54,562 bases of DNA, taken from the NCBI GenBank assembly GCA_018303185.1, contig JAGVYR010000030.1:1-54562 (forward strand), in the 5' to 3' direction. The position numbers and the translations under genes are program-made. The notes below the pieces were generated by a model. The model saw only the letters and a program-made list of their open reading frames with translations. It had not been told where the DNA came from and did no database searches. Every line of letters starts with the position of its first letter. Positions within the stretch are counted from its first letter, which is position 1. The DNA comes from Candidatus Woesearchaeota archaeon. GTDB lineage: Archaea; Nanobdellota; Nanobdellia; Woesearchaeales; GW2011-AR4. Of this stretch, positions 1 through 9,022 are shown piece after piece.

Positions 1-1
1 T

Positions 2-85
2 TGGTTTTCACTTCCAGAACTCAAGAAAGAGCTTCTGTCAGCTTTCAGAAGAAAGGATTTAATACCCAAAAGTTACGGTTATTAA
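2..85 (+). CDS. 3' end of a gene entering the window (partial, unknown product)
   Basis: Frame 2 reads WFSLPELKKELLSAFRRKDLIPKSYGY to TAA at 83-85, converging on the next ORF. Confidence 0.4.
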   Translation, partial: WFSLPELKKELLSAFRRKDLIPKSYGY

Positions 86-270
86 ACTCCTATACTATAA
101 TATTTCGTGGCTGCCAGCCATACTTTTGATTTTCCTTTGATGCTTTTAAGCACTTCAAGGGTCTCCTCCGAAGTTTGGATATATTCTCTAAAAAGATTTT
201 CATTGGGATCGATAAGCCTTATGCCTTTTTTTTGGGTTTTGCACCATTTTATTGTTGCCATATCATCCAC
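82..270 (-). pseudogene. Truncated HEPN-domain toxin (N-terminal part only)
   Basis: Overlaps the 3' end of the MNT gene; IKWC..QKKGI.LI.PN.NL...YI...EE...W....YY resembles archaeal HEPN N-termini, but it stops after about 60 aa before any R-x4-6-H motif. Confidence 0.55.
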
Positions 271-809
271 CTCACGAAATCCTCAGACCCCTTCACTAAC
301 AGGTGTTTCTTAATAATTTCCGCCTTCAGGGTTTTTGTTATTTTAATCAGGCTCTTGACATGCACTATATGGGATTCCTTGCCCAGCCTTTGAGTAAAAT
401 CCTCCAGTTTTTCATAACCTCTGCCCACAATCAGCATGTCAATATCATTCGCAGCATCAAAATCAGCTGCGGCAGAGCCGAAAATCAGCGCATTGCCCCC
501 AGGATTCCTCTGCATGAAAGAAACCATCTCTCCTAAAACAGGCCATTTCCCGCAATTCCTTATTAGCTTATGTTTCTCAGCCATAACAATATAGTCCACT
601 ATCAGCGGGCTCTCAAGGTTAAGGGAATGCAGCGCCATCCTGCCCTTTAACTCTTTTCTTGTTATGCCTTCCTTTTCAAGCTGGCTCAGCCAAAGCCTTA
701 CGGTCGGATGTGGCTCGCCAATCGACCGTGAAATATCTGAAAGGTGCATCTTCTCGTGAGGCTTTGCCAGAAAAGGTTCTAAGGCAGATATAGTTAATTT
801 TTTAACCAT
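249..809 (-). CDS. wHTH + minimal nucleotidyltransferase (MNT) antitoxin-like protein
   Basis: N-terminal HTH (LSDISRSIGEPHPTVRLWLSQLEKEG); LIFGS..DIDMLIVG Pol-beta nucleotidyltransferase motif. Confidence 0.8.
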   Translation of the reverse strand: MVKKLTISALEPFLAKPHEKMHLSDISRSIGEPHPTVRLWLSQLEKEGITRKELKGRMALHSLNLESPLIVDYIVMAEKHKLIRNCGKWPVLGEMVSFMQRNPGGNALIFGSAAADFDAANDIDMLIVGRGYEKLEDFTQRLGKESHIVHVKSLIKITKTLKAEIIKKHLLVKGSEDFVRWMIWQQ

Positions 810-899
810 ATCGTTATAAAATTAACTTATGTATATAAACTTTACTATTGCTACGATGGCTTTGCCAACTTAGCGTAGATAAAGTCAGAATAGGGAAGT

Positions 900-1382
900 T
901 CAGCACCCATCATCACTTCCGCCAGCACTCTCCAGCTTCCTGCACAGCTCTTTCTCTCTATAAGAAAGTTCAGCAACAAGCTCGTTTGCCTCTATCAAAC
1001 CGGATTCCACTTCATAAAAGCGGCCCTGCAGAAGGCTGAACCTTGAATTAAGGCCGGAAAGCTCTGCATTCGCACTGGCAAGCTCCGCCTTGGCTGAAGC
1101 AAGCTCCTTCCTGTATGCCTCATTCTCGGACTGCAGCTGAAGAAAGCCCTCCTCAAGCGTTTCCTTGTCCTTTTCCAAAGTTTCCCTGCTTTCAAGGGAT
1201 TCATTGGCTATGCTTTCAATAACAACAAGCCTGCCCGTAACGGCCTCAAGCTGCTGCCTGCTCTGCTGCGTTTCTATGGCTGTATTCTTCAGCTTAAGGC
1301 TGTAGTAGGCTGAAAACCCTGAAAACAAGAGAAGAGTAGATGCTATGACGAGCAGAAGAATAAGGTTTACATTCTTTTTCAT
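900..1382 (-). CDS. Membrane-anchored coiled-coil protein
   Basis: N-terminal TM/signal helix followed by a long heptad-rich helical region. Confidence 0.7.
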   Translation of the reverse strand: MKKNVNLILLLVIASTLLLFSGFSAYYSLKLKNTAIETQQSRQQLEAVTGRLVVIESIANESLESRETLEKDKETLEEGFLQLQSENEAYRKELASAKAELASANAELSGLNSRFSLLQGRFYEVESGLIEANELVAELSYREKELCRKLESAGGSDDGC

Positions 1383-1448
1383 GCCTTAAACGTTTCATGA
1401 AGGAAATTTAAACTTTTCTGGCAAAATGCCAATTGCAGCAAATGCTTC

Positions 1449-2171
1449 TTACTTCATAACCTTAGCCACTACATAATGGCTGTGCGAACAGTCAAAGGAA
1501 GCCATCATGCCGGCTAAAAAGGGAGGAAGAGGGTAATACCCGAAGCCGTAAACCTTGACAGAACTGAAACCTGTGCGCCTTGAAAGCAGCACAAGCTCCT
1601 TCGCAGCCATGACCTTTATGTGCTCCATGTTTTCGCCGTAATTCTCAGTGAAAATATCTTTAATCCTTTTCTTTGATATTGATGAGGATATGCCTTTGCC
1701 CTCTGATTTCGGCATTATTGTCGGGCCTGAATAGGGCTGCCTGCCCAAAAAAAGCGCAGCCACATTGTGCCAGCTCGCGAGGTTTGGAGTTCCAATCAAG
1801 GCACACCCTCCCGGCTTCAGCACCCTTCTTATCTCGGACATGAACCCTTTAACGTTCACAAGGTGCTCAATGACGTGGTTTGCAACAACAATGTCAAACA
1901 TTTCATTTTTGAACGGGAATTTATTGTTCAGGTCGCAGCATTGAGCCTTGACTCCGTTCTTTCTTGCCTTTTCCACAAGGCTTTTTACTAATTCAAGACC
2001 GTAAACTTCCTTTGTGCCTGCAGCCTTCCCATACATCAGCGAATTCTTTCCGTCCCAGCACCCAAGGTCAAGCAATCTGCCTTTCGGGACTTTGGGAATT
2101 GAAGCAAGCAGCCTGTTCCTGTATTTCTCTGTCGTATCCCTGTAAAGATATGAAAAATAGCCTGTCAGCAT
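1449..2171 (-). CDS. Class I SAM-dependent methyltransferase
   Basis: LLDLGCWDG motif I, FDIVVANHVIEHL, RVLKPGG; typical of glycan-cluster methyltransferases. Confidence 0.9.
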   Translation of the reverse strand: MLTGYFSYLYRDTTEKYRNRLLASIPKVPKGRLLDLGCWDGKNSLMYGKAAGTKEVYGLELVKSLVEKARKNGVKAQCCDLNNKFPFKNEMFDIVVANHVIEHLVNVKGFMSEIRRVLKPGGCALIGTPNLASWHNVAALFLGRQPYSGPTIMPKSEGKGISSSISKKRIKDIFTENYGENMEHIKVMAAKELVLLSRRTGFSSVKVYGFGYYPLPPFLAGMMASFDCSHSHYVVAKVMK

Positions 2172-2172
2172 C

Positions 2173-2556
2173 TTAAGCGCTCCCTTTATTATTTTTCAGA
2201 AATATTCCCAATGATGCAAGTATTATGATTAATGGAAGAATTACAGCATGGAACTTTATATTAATTCCTGCAAGCCCGAAATAGTAGCTCAATATCCCTG
2301 TCAATCCTGCCGCAATCAACGTCCCTGCAACAGCCCTTTCTATAAAGCCTATCTTCTCATGCCAATGGAACATTATAGCACAGCCCGGAATCACATAAAG
2401 CCAGAATATCGAAACAGAAATTTTTGCAATATCCATCAAGCTTTCATTAAAAAACGCTATTTTGAAGATTAACAAAAATAACCCAAACAGGGCAAGCATC
2501 CAAATCCCTTCCTTTTTCAGCATATCAAAAATTTCCTTCTTCAATGCAATCCTCAC
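2173..2556 (-). CDS. Small 4-TM membrane protein
   Basis: Hydrophobic helices, YVIPG and IER motifs; tightly coupled to its neighbours. Confidence 0.7.
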   Translation of the reverse strand: MRIALKKEIFDMLKKEGIWMLALFGLFLLIFKIAFFNESLMDIAKISVSIFWLYVIPGCAIMFHWHEKIGFIERAVAGTLIAAGLTGILSYYFGLAGINIKFHAVILPLIIILASLGIFLKNNKGSA

Positions 2557-4168
2557 CCGGCTTTGAATTCTTAAGCACTATGGAAACTTCATTCTCAAAT
2601 GCTATGCTTATAAAATCTTTCTTTGCAAGCTCTGATGCGATAAGCAAGTTGTACTGTGCAAGCGCGGGCTGCCCTGAAACTTTGTCAAACACAAGATAAT
2701 CAAACCGGCATATGTCCTGCGGACCGAGAAAATATTCATAAGGCTTGTCGGCAGTCACGTCTTTAAAATCAAAAAGTCCGGTTCTCACTGAAATAGAGCC
2801 GCCGCTGTCACCCGGAAGCTCGGAAAGGTAGTTTCTCTTTACGAGCCTCTGGTTTATAGAGTCAATTGCTTCCTGCGTCCTCAGCTGGTAATGCACCCTT
2901 TTTGAATTCCTCAGGAGCGCATCCTGGTCGTAGATGTCGCCATAGAAAAAATAAGCCAATGAGCTTTTTGGCGTGTTTTCGGCTATCCAGCCTAGCATCT
3001 CCCAATGGTAGGGATCCATTATGCTCTGCCCGCTTAAAGCTGAATAATGGGGCACGAAAGGGATATTTACAAAGCCAAAAGTCGCAACTGATAAAACTAC
3101 CATTATTGAAACAGAATAATAAACATTGAATTTTTTAAGAAACAATTTCAATAGGGCATAGCTCCCGAATCCCAAAAACACTGAAAGGTAGATGGGCCAG
3201 AAAAACCTTACCTGGAAAGACCTCAGGCTGAATCCTATATAATTCAGGAAGCCCGCTATAAGCATAGCAAACCCCGCAATGAGGGATACGTGCATGCTTC
3301 TCCATTTCAATACAGAGAAAACCATCCCCGCAGCCATTATAATCAGGAGGGCCGAAAATCCCATTATATAGAATCCGGGATTGCCCTGCCATACCGGCTC
3401 TACTGTGAAATGATACGGCTGGCCTTTTGCCCATGTATTGAAGAAAATAATAAGATAATAAAAAGCGGCTGCCAGTGCAATGCCGAGGGCTATCAGGGCA
3501 TTTTTCATATCGCTCTTTTTCAGGGTTTTTCCCGCCAATGCTATGGGGAAGAACATTACAATGAACAAAGCCGCGAAAACTGCCTCAGACGTATGCGTCA
3601 TGATTATTGCAGCCATTGCAATGCTGATGAAAACATAGGAATTCTCAAGGGATATGTTAGAAAATCCCCAAAAAACCAGTATCAGGAAGCACTGCGACAA
3701 TATTGAAGGCCAATGACCCCACAGGAATCCAATAATCGGCGGCTGTGAAAAGATAAGCATTGCCAGCGGAAGTGACATTAGGGCAACATGCCTGCTGAAG
3801 CCCCTTATAAGAAAATACATTAAAAACAGGGTGATTACTGAAAAAAATAATACGGAAAAATAAATTGAATCGTACACTTCAAGGCCCGAGGCATAAGAAA
3901 ACACAACTGCTATATGGTAAAGCAGGGGAGGATATCTTCCAACAGCATCTTCGAATCCTTTTGAGATGTAATTAGCTTCATACCTGAAATTGCCCGCATC
4001 CTTTATGGCTTCCGCCCTTGTCTGGTGCTGGAATGCATCAGAAGCAAGGTAGCCGAAAGGGTAGTCATGGCTTATGCCATGCCCTAGGAGCGCTCCAGGC
4101 CCCATGTAGAGGAAAAGCAGGAAAGCTGCTGCCAGCGCGGCCTTTTCAATGTCAAATCTGAATGCCAT
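2525..4168 (-). CDS. Multi-pass membrane protein, GT-C-type glycosyltransferase-like
   Basis: About 12 TM helices, acidic residue in first loop (ASDAFQH), YPPLLY, C-terminal soluble domain; in a glycosylation cluster. Confidence 0.6.
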   Translation of the reverse strand: MAFRFDIEKAALAAAFLLFLYMGPGALLGHGISHDYPFGYLASDAFQHQTRAEAIKDAGNFRYEANYISKGFEDAVGRYPPLLYHIAVVFSYASGLEVYDSIYFSVLFFSVITLFLMYFLIRGFSRHVALMSLPLAMLIFSQPPIIGFLWGHWPSILSQCFLILVFWGFSNISLENSYVFISIAMAAIIMTHTSEAVFAALFIVMFFPIALAGKTLKKSDMKNALIALGIALAAAFYYLIIFFNTWAKGQPYHFTVEPVWQGNPGFYIMGFSALLIIMAAGMVFSVLKWRSMHVSLIAGFAMLIAGFLNYIGFSLRSFQVRFFWPIYLSVFLGFGSYALLKLFLKKFNVYYSVSIMVVLSVATFGFVNIPFVPHYSALSGQSIMDPYHWEMLGWIAENTPKSSLAYFFYGDIYDQDALLRNSKRVHYQLRTQEAIDSINQRLVKRNYLSELPGDSGGSISVRTGLFDFKDVTADKPYEYFLGPQDICRFDYLVFDKVSGQPALAQYNLLIASELAKKDFISIAFENEVSIVLKNSKPGEDCIEEGNF

Positions 4169-6422
4169 CTTTCTTCAGAGATTTTTTATTTTTTATAAAA
4201 ACTATTGCAAAATAAGCCATTATTGCCGCTGCAGCCAGGGAGCTTATAACCAATCCGTTCCTGAAGTCCATAGGCTCATAGCTAAGCTCAAGCCTTGCGC
4301 TTCCTTTTTCAATATAAACCGCGCTTATTGCGCCGTCAGCATTCATGATTTCCTTTTCTCTGCCGTCAGCATAAGCTTTCCAGCCGTCAAAATTATAGAA
4401 TGTTTCACTTAAAATAAGATAGCCTTCTTTTCCAGAGACATCAAATACAATCCTGTTGGGGCTGCTTTCCTGAGGATTTACAGCCGCCGCATTCCCATCA
4501 AAGCCTGAGAAAAGCGCTGTAATATCCTCGGGGCTTATTGAATTTTTATTCCTGAATATGTCCGGGATTATTTTTCCATTGGAATCTGAGTAAATTTTAA
4601 GCATGGAAATATCCTCCTGAGCCAGATTCTTCGCAAGTATCACCGCCTTAAAGCCTTTCAGTTCCGAATCGGTCATCCCTGCAAGGCTGCTCCTCCAGAT
4701 TATCGCGGAATTTTTCGGATTAAATGGGGCGTCTGCAATCAGGGAATAAACAATGCCTTTATTGTCTGCAATGATTAGCACGGGGTTTTCCGTGAAGTAA
4801 TAACGGGGCACGAATTCAAGGTTCCTGTACAGATGGGTTCTTGACCTTAAGTCATCAGTGCATATCTTGCACGGCTCAAATTCTTCAACCAACTTAGTTC
4901 CCGGAATATCAACAGCAGCATCAGAAAGAAGGTATTTCACATTAAGCATGCCCCAAAGCTTTGCCGAGTTCTGCTGTCCTGCAAAAATCAGATAATTGCC
5001 TATCTCCACAGGCCATACAGTGCCGCCCCCGGTTATGAGGCCAAGATTGTAGAGGGACATCATTGAAGAGCCATGCGAGCCTACAACATCGCTCAGCTCG
5101 AAAGGGCCTGTCTGGAAGTAATGGACGCGGAAAGTATCTTTGTCTTCAACAACCTTATTGAGTATCGGGACCTGCCCCTTTTCAGGAATTTCTATGCTAT
5201 CAGGGAAATTATGGAACGGGTTAAGCTCAAGCACAAGCAGGATAAGTACAGCCGCGAGCAATATTCTCGAATCAAGCCTGAATTTTTTCATTTTTGCAGC
5301 AAGGCTTTCAAGCTGCATGTATCCAAAGCCGGCAAGTATTGAGATTGAGAAAGTAAAAATAACCAAAGTGCGGTCTATGTTCTTAAGATTCGCGAAAAGA
5401 GGCACGAATTTGTAGGCAAAAACTGTCACAAAAGTGTCAGACGCCAAAAGTATGGGGATTATTGCGCCTGCGGCAAAGAAAAGAACTTTTTTGCTTTTCC
5501 ATTCCCTAAAGCTTAGCGCGGCAAGAAGAATGGCAAGGAATCCAATCATCGGGGCAACGCTTATGCTTGCTTTTCCCCTTACAAGGTTGTTGAAGCCTGT
5601 ATCAAAGGAATCAATGTAATGGCCCCTGCCCCCAAGAAATTCCTGATAGGAAAACCGCTCGCTTCTTGAAGATGTCTCCTGAAACTTGAATGAAGGGAGC
5701 AGCTTTGCGGCTGACAGCCCTAACGTCAGAATAATAAGCAATACGATGATTATTGAGGCTTTGACAATCTTCCCTGAAAAATTTTTCCCCATTGAGTTAA
5801 ATAAAATGTAACCCGCACAAAGCATGAAAGTGTAAAGGAAAATTATCATGCCGCCTGTGTGGATTTGAAGGGCAGCGAGAAGTGCGGCGAAGATTGAATA
5901 TTTTATGTAATCCTTTGAGTGCGCTGCCTTGAAGGTAAAAAGGAAGATAAACGGAAGCATGGATAATGGGGCTATGACCTGTACGTTTCCCCTGAGGGCC
6001 CAGCCGATTATTGAGTTGCTGAGCATGAAAACAAATGCGGCAACCATGGCAGCGCCATAGCTTTTTTTGATTTCATAAGCCAATAAGTACATTCCGAGGC
6101 CAAGCAGGAAGAATGAGATTATGAGCGTCATATTTATTGCAATGACCGGGCTTTGAAGCACCAAAAGCAGGAGCAGAGGGAGGGAAATGAAAAAAGTCTC
6201 AGGGTTTCCAAGCAGAGGGTTTCCTGTATACTGCGCCGGATTCCAGAGATACATAGAGCCACCTGATATTTGTTTTCCGATTTCATTGTAAAGAGTCAAT
6301 GAAGAATCCCAGTAATGTATCATATAATACGTTTTTGTAAAAGAAAAAAGCGGATAGAGCGCTATTATTGTTATAAGTGCTATTGCTCCGATAAATAATG
6401 CGTGCTTTTTGTCAAAACCCAT
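4152..6422 (-). CDS. YfhO family membrane glycosyltransferase
   Basis: LWNP...GNP motif, LNVKYL, C-terminal GYLILSE.FY..DGWKAY.DG and LELSYEP..FR.G; start set at ATG 6422 just after the upstream stop. Confidence 0.85.
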   Translation of the reverse strand: MGFDKKHALFIGAIALITIIALYPLFSFTKTYYMIHYWDSSLTLYNEIGKQISGGSMYLWNPAQYTGNPLLGNPETFFISLPLLLLLVLQSPVIAINMTLIISFFLLGLGMYLLAYEIKKSYGAAMVAAFVFMLSNSIIGWALRGNVQVIAPLSMLPFIFLFTFKAAHSKDYIKYSIFAALLAALQIHTGGMIIFLYTFMLCAGYILFNSMGKNFSGKIVKASIIIVLLIILTLGLSAAKLLPSFKFQETSSRSERFSYQEFLGGRGHYIDSFDTGFNNLVRGKASISVAPMIGFLAILLAALSFREWKSKKVLFFAAGAIIPILLASDTFVTVFAYKFVPLFANLKNIDRTLVIFTFSISILAGFGYMQLESLAAKMKKFRLDSRILLAAVLILLVLELNPFHNFPDSIEIPEKGQVPILNKVVEDKDTFRVHYFQTGPFELSDVVGSHGSSMMSLYNLGLITGGGTVWPVEIGNYLIFAGQQNSAKLWGMLNVKYLLSDAAVDIPGTKLVEEFEPCKICTDDLRSRTHLYRNLEFVPRYYFTENPVLIIADNKGIVYSLIADAPFNPKNSAIIWRSSLAGMTDSELKGFKAVILAKNLAQEDISMLKIYSDSNGKIIPDIFRNKNSISPEDITALFSGFDGNAAAVNPQESSPNRIVFDVSGKEGYLILSETFYNFDGWKAYADGREKEIMNADGAISAVYIEKGSARLELSYEPMDFRNGLVISSLAAAAIMAYFAIVFIKNKKSLKKDGIQI

Positions 6423-6423
6423 C

Positions 6424-7869
6424 TTAGAGGTAATTAAAGTCGCGGTTTGTCTCTTTCCACAGGCCGAGCGCCTCATGGGCCCACTTGAAGAGGTGGTCTT
6501 CTTTTTGCATCAGGCCATCCACTATGCCTATGAACTTGCTGCCGACATCATGGCCGTAAAGATTTTGAGAAGAGCGCATTTGCTTCTGGAGCCCTTCATC
6601 TTTCTTTACATACTCGGCCATCCTGACAATGAATTCACTATCCATAGGCGGCACAAGCAGGTTGCCCCTTGCCAGATTTACTGTCTCGGGCCTGTCGGTG
6701 TTGAAGCGGCACGTCAGGCACACTTTGCCGAGAAGGTTCATCTCTTCCTGCACGCCGCCGCTGTCAGTCAGCACCATTGAGCAGTTTTTCGACTCAAAAA
6801 ATTCTATCACATGGCCGTATTCAGGCCAGACATTTGTGTGGAGGAAGTTTTTCCTGCCTTTCAGTTTTGAAAGCACATCTGCCATGCCATAATTTTCCAT
6901 TGCCTTCTTGGTAGCGTTCATCTCAATAAAAGCAACATTATGGCCATTCTCCACAAGCTCCTTTACCGCGCCTATTATCGCCCTGAACCTCCTTTCAGTC
7001 GTGTTGTCGCGCCTGTGTATGTCCACCCTTATCCAATCGCCTTTTTCCAGCTGGGGATAAATTGAGAAGATGCTCTGCTTCGGCTTCTGCTTTCTTCTTT
7101 CCTCAAGGGCATCCACCACAACGCCGCCTGTCACGAAAATATTCTCTTTCGGATGGCCTTCCCTCAGTAAGCTTTCCCTGTTGAGCTCTATCGGGCAGAA
7201 CATGTATTCAGAGCCGGCTGCGGATATGAAAGTGTCGAACTGCTCCGGGAAAGGCTCGTTCCTGAGAAGCATCCAATTGCCGTAAAACTGCTGTTCTATG
7301 AACTTGTCTATTGGCACTGATTTAGGCGCTTTCATTATTTCCGGGCACATGCTCCTCAATCCGGCCTCATTCTGTATTGCCCTTTCATTTCTTGAAAACA
7401 TCCATGCTGCAGGAACGATGCTTGTCAGTATGGTATCACCAAGCACTACAGGAACTACAGCGACATTGGGCCATTTTTTCTGCAGGTAGCTGGAAAGCCA
7501 CTTTATCTTGTACATCAGCTCGGCAGTTTTTTCCACCAAGCCGCCCCTTATCTGGAGGTTTGCCCCTACTTTCTGGCTTAAGTTGAATTCTTTCATGCCG
7601 TATGTAAGGATGTCATCGTAATGCTGGTTGGAGTCTATTATGAAATTAGGGATGCCTTGCCTGTCTGCAGCCTGTATAGAGCCCCAGAACTTGTAGAAGC
7701 AGGGCTTCGTGCCTATGACAAAGGCAAGCACCCATTTTTTCTGGCTTTTTCCTTTCTCCATCTCCTGCTCAAGAAGCCTTGTGTTTATCTTCAAAGGAAG
7801 AACGGGATTCATGAAGTCCTTTGGCTGTATATCTTCAAAGACGCCGTTTGAGCCATTATTATCTGCCAA
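6424..7869 (-). CDS. wecB: UDP-N-acetylglucosamine 2-epimerase (non-hydrolysing, WecB-like)
   Basis: IGTKP, QHYD, VLGDT, EAGLRS, HRR, LTDSGGVQEE, R.NTDRPET motifs. Confidence 0.85.
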   Translation of the reverse strand: MADNNGSNGVFEDIQPKDFMNPVLPLKINTRLLEQEMEKGKSQKKWVLAFVIGTKPCFYKFWGSIQAADRQGIPNFIIDSNQHYDDILTYGMKEFNLSQKVGANLQIRGGLVEKTAELMYKIKWLSSYLQKKWPNVAVVPVVLGDTILTSIVPAAWMFSRNERAIQNEAGLRSMCPEIMKAPKSVPIDKFIEQQFYGNWMLLRNEPFPEQFDTFISAAGSEYMFCPIELNRESLLREGHPKENIFVTGGVVVDALEERRKQKPKQSIFSIYPQLEKGDWIRVDIHRRDNTTERRFRAIIGAVKELVENGHNVAFIEMNATKKAMENYGMADVLSKLKGRKNFLHTNVWPEYGHVIEFFESKNCSMVLTDSGGVQEEMNLLGKVCLTCRFNTDRPETVNLARGNLLVPPMDSEFIVRMAEYVKKDEGLQKQMRSSQNLYGHDVGSKFIGIVDGLMQKEDHLFKWAHEALGLWKETNRDFNYL

Positions 7870-8011
7870 GACTTTCCACCCCAGCCCCGAAAGGCTTATG
7901 TATATTTATAAATCTTTTGGGAGCATTCGCAGAGTTACATGTCCGTGAGTGCCGCTGTTATTTTCCCTTCTGGGCGTGGAAGAATTTTTTATTCTCATTT
8001 TTACTTAAATA

Positions 8012-8329
8012 TTACATCCAGAATAATATTGTATTTGAGATTAAATCATAGACATTAAAAATCAAGATAATCATTAGCCCAATGATAAGAGTTTTAGAAT
8101 AATATTTACTAACTTTTACATATTTATTCAATAATATAATGGTTGCGGTCATAAGAATTATTTGTATTAATGGCAAGATTGTTATTTGTAAAATATCACT
8201 GTATAAGACCCCATACCCTCTAAACAAAATAGTACTTATTAGGGTAAAAATGATAGCAATGGTAAAGAATACTGCTATTAAAGTAAATATTCCTAAAATA
8301 ATATCTCTTACCTTATTCTTACTTTTCAT
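8012..8329 (-). CDS. Hypothetical AT-rich 3-TM membrane protein
   Basis: Open frame with hydrophobic helices in a very AT-rich patch; start uncertain (8383 or 8329). Confidence 0.5.
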   Translation of the reverse strand: MKSKNKVRDIILGIFTLIAVFFTIAIIFTLISTILFRGYGVLYSDILQITILPLIQIILMTATIILLNKYVKVSKYYSKTLIIGLMIILIFNVYDLISNTILFWM

Positions 8330-8388
8330 TTTATTATTCCTAATTCTCACCTTTAAATACTTACTCAAAAAAAACACAAACATTTAAA

Positions 8389-8412
8389 TATACCTAAGTA
8401 TACTAAGGTATA
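8389..8412. promoter_or_regulatory. Palindromic operator overlapping the TATA box of the TA operon
   Basis: TATACCTAAGTATACTAAGGTATA is a 24-bp palindrome with one mismatched pair, beside TTTAAATA (8383-8390) and 11 bp before the antitoxin ATG. Confidence 0.6.
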
Positions 8413-8423
8413 CTGGTGATAAA

Positions 8424-8663
8424 ATGGACACGACAACAATAAAGCTTCACGGAAATACCAAAAAGCAGCTGGACAGGTTTAAGGAGTACAAGAACGAAAG
8501 CTATGATGAGGTCATAAACAAGGTAATCTTCATAGCAAACAAGGCAAAGACCAATCCTGAACTCAGCAGGGAGACCGTCATTGCCATAGACAACGCAAGA
8601 AAGAGGATAAAGGCTGGGAATTTTATGACAGAGGAAGAGGCAAGAAAGAGGCTGGGCTTTTAG
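8424..8663 (+). CDS. Antitoxin (ribbon-helix-helix type, archaeal RelB/VapB-like)
   Basis: TTIKL...TK..LD.FK....ESYDEVI pattern and C-terminal TEEEARKRLG; upstream of RelE. Confidence 0.8.
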   Translation: MDTTTIKLHGNTKKQLDRFKEYKNESYDEVINKVIFIANKAKTNPELSRETVIAIDNARKRIKAGNFMTEEEARKRLGF

Positions 8664-8721
8664 ATGCCATTAAAAATTTCAGTGAAATTTTTTGGACATA
8701 AAGAACCATGGAGACTTTCTA

Positions 8722-8982
8722 ATGTACGAGATAAGATTTGACCCAGAAGCGATTGAATTTCTTCAGAAGCTGCCGAAGGGCATTGCAGAAAGAATCTGGA
8801 ACAAGGTTATGTCCGCAAAGGAAAACCCCCGCCATTTCTTTGAGCGCCTTGCCGGCAGGGCAGACTATAAATTAAGGATTGGAGACTATAGGGCAATTGC
8901 AGACATTGATGATAAAAGCAGGAAGATTGAAGTTACTGTCATAGGCCACAGGAAGAATGTTTACAAGGATTTGCAGCAATAA
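8722..8982 (+). CDS. relE: RelE/ParE family toxin
   Basis: MYEIRF, KLRIGDYRAI, IGHRKNVY motifs; ATG at 8722. Confidence 0.9.
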   Translation: MYEIRFDPEAIEFLQKLPKGIAERIWNKVMSAKENPRHFFERLAGRADYKLRIGDYRAIADIDDKSRKIEVTVIGHRKNVYKDLQQ

Positions 8983-9022
8983 ATTCCAACAAATATATTA
9001 ATGCGGCTTCTATACATGCCAT

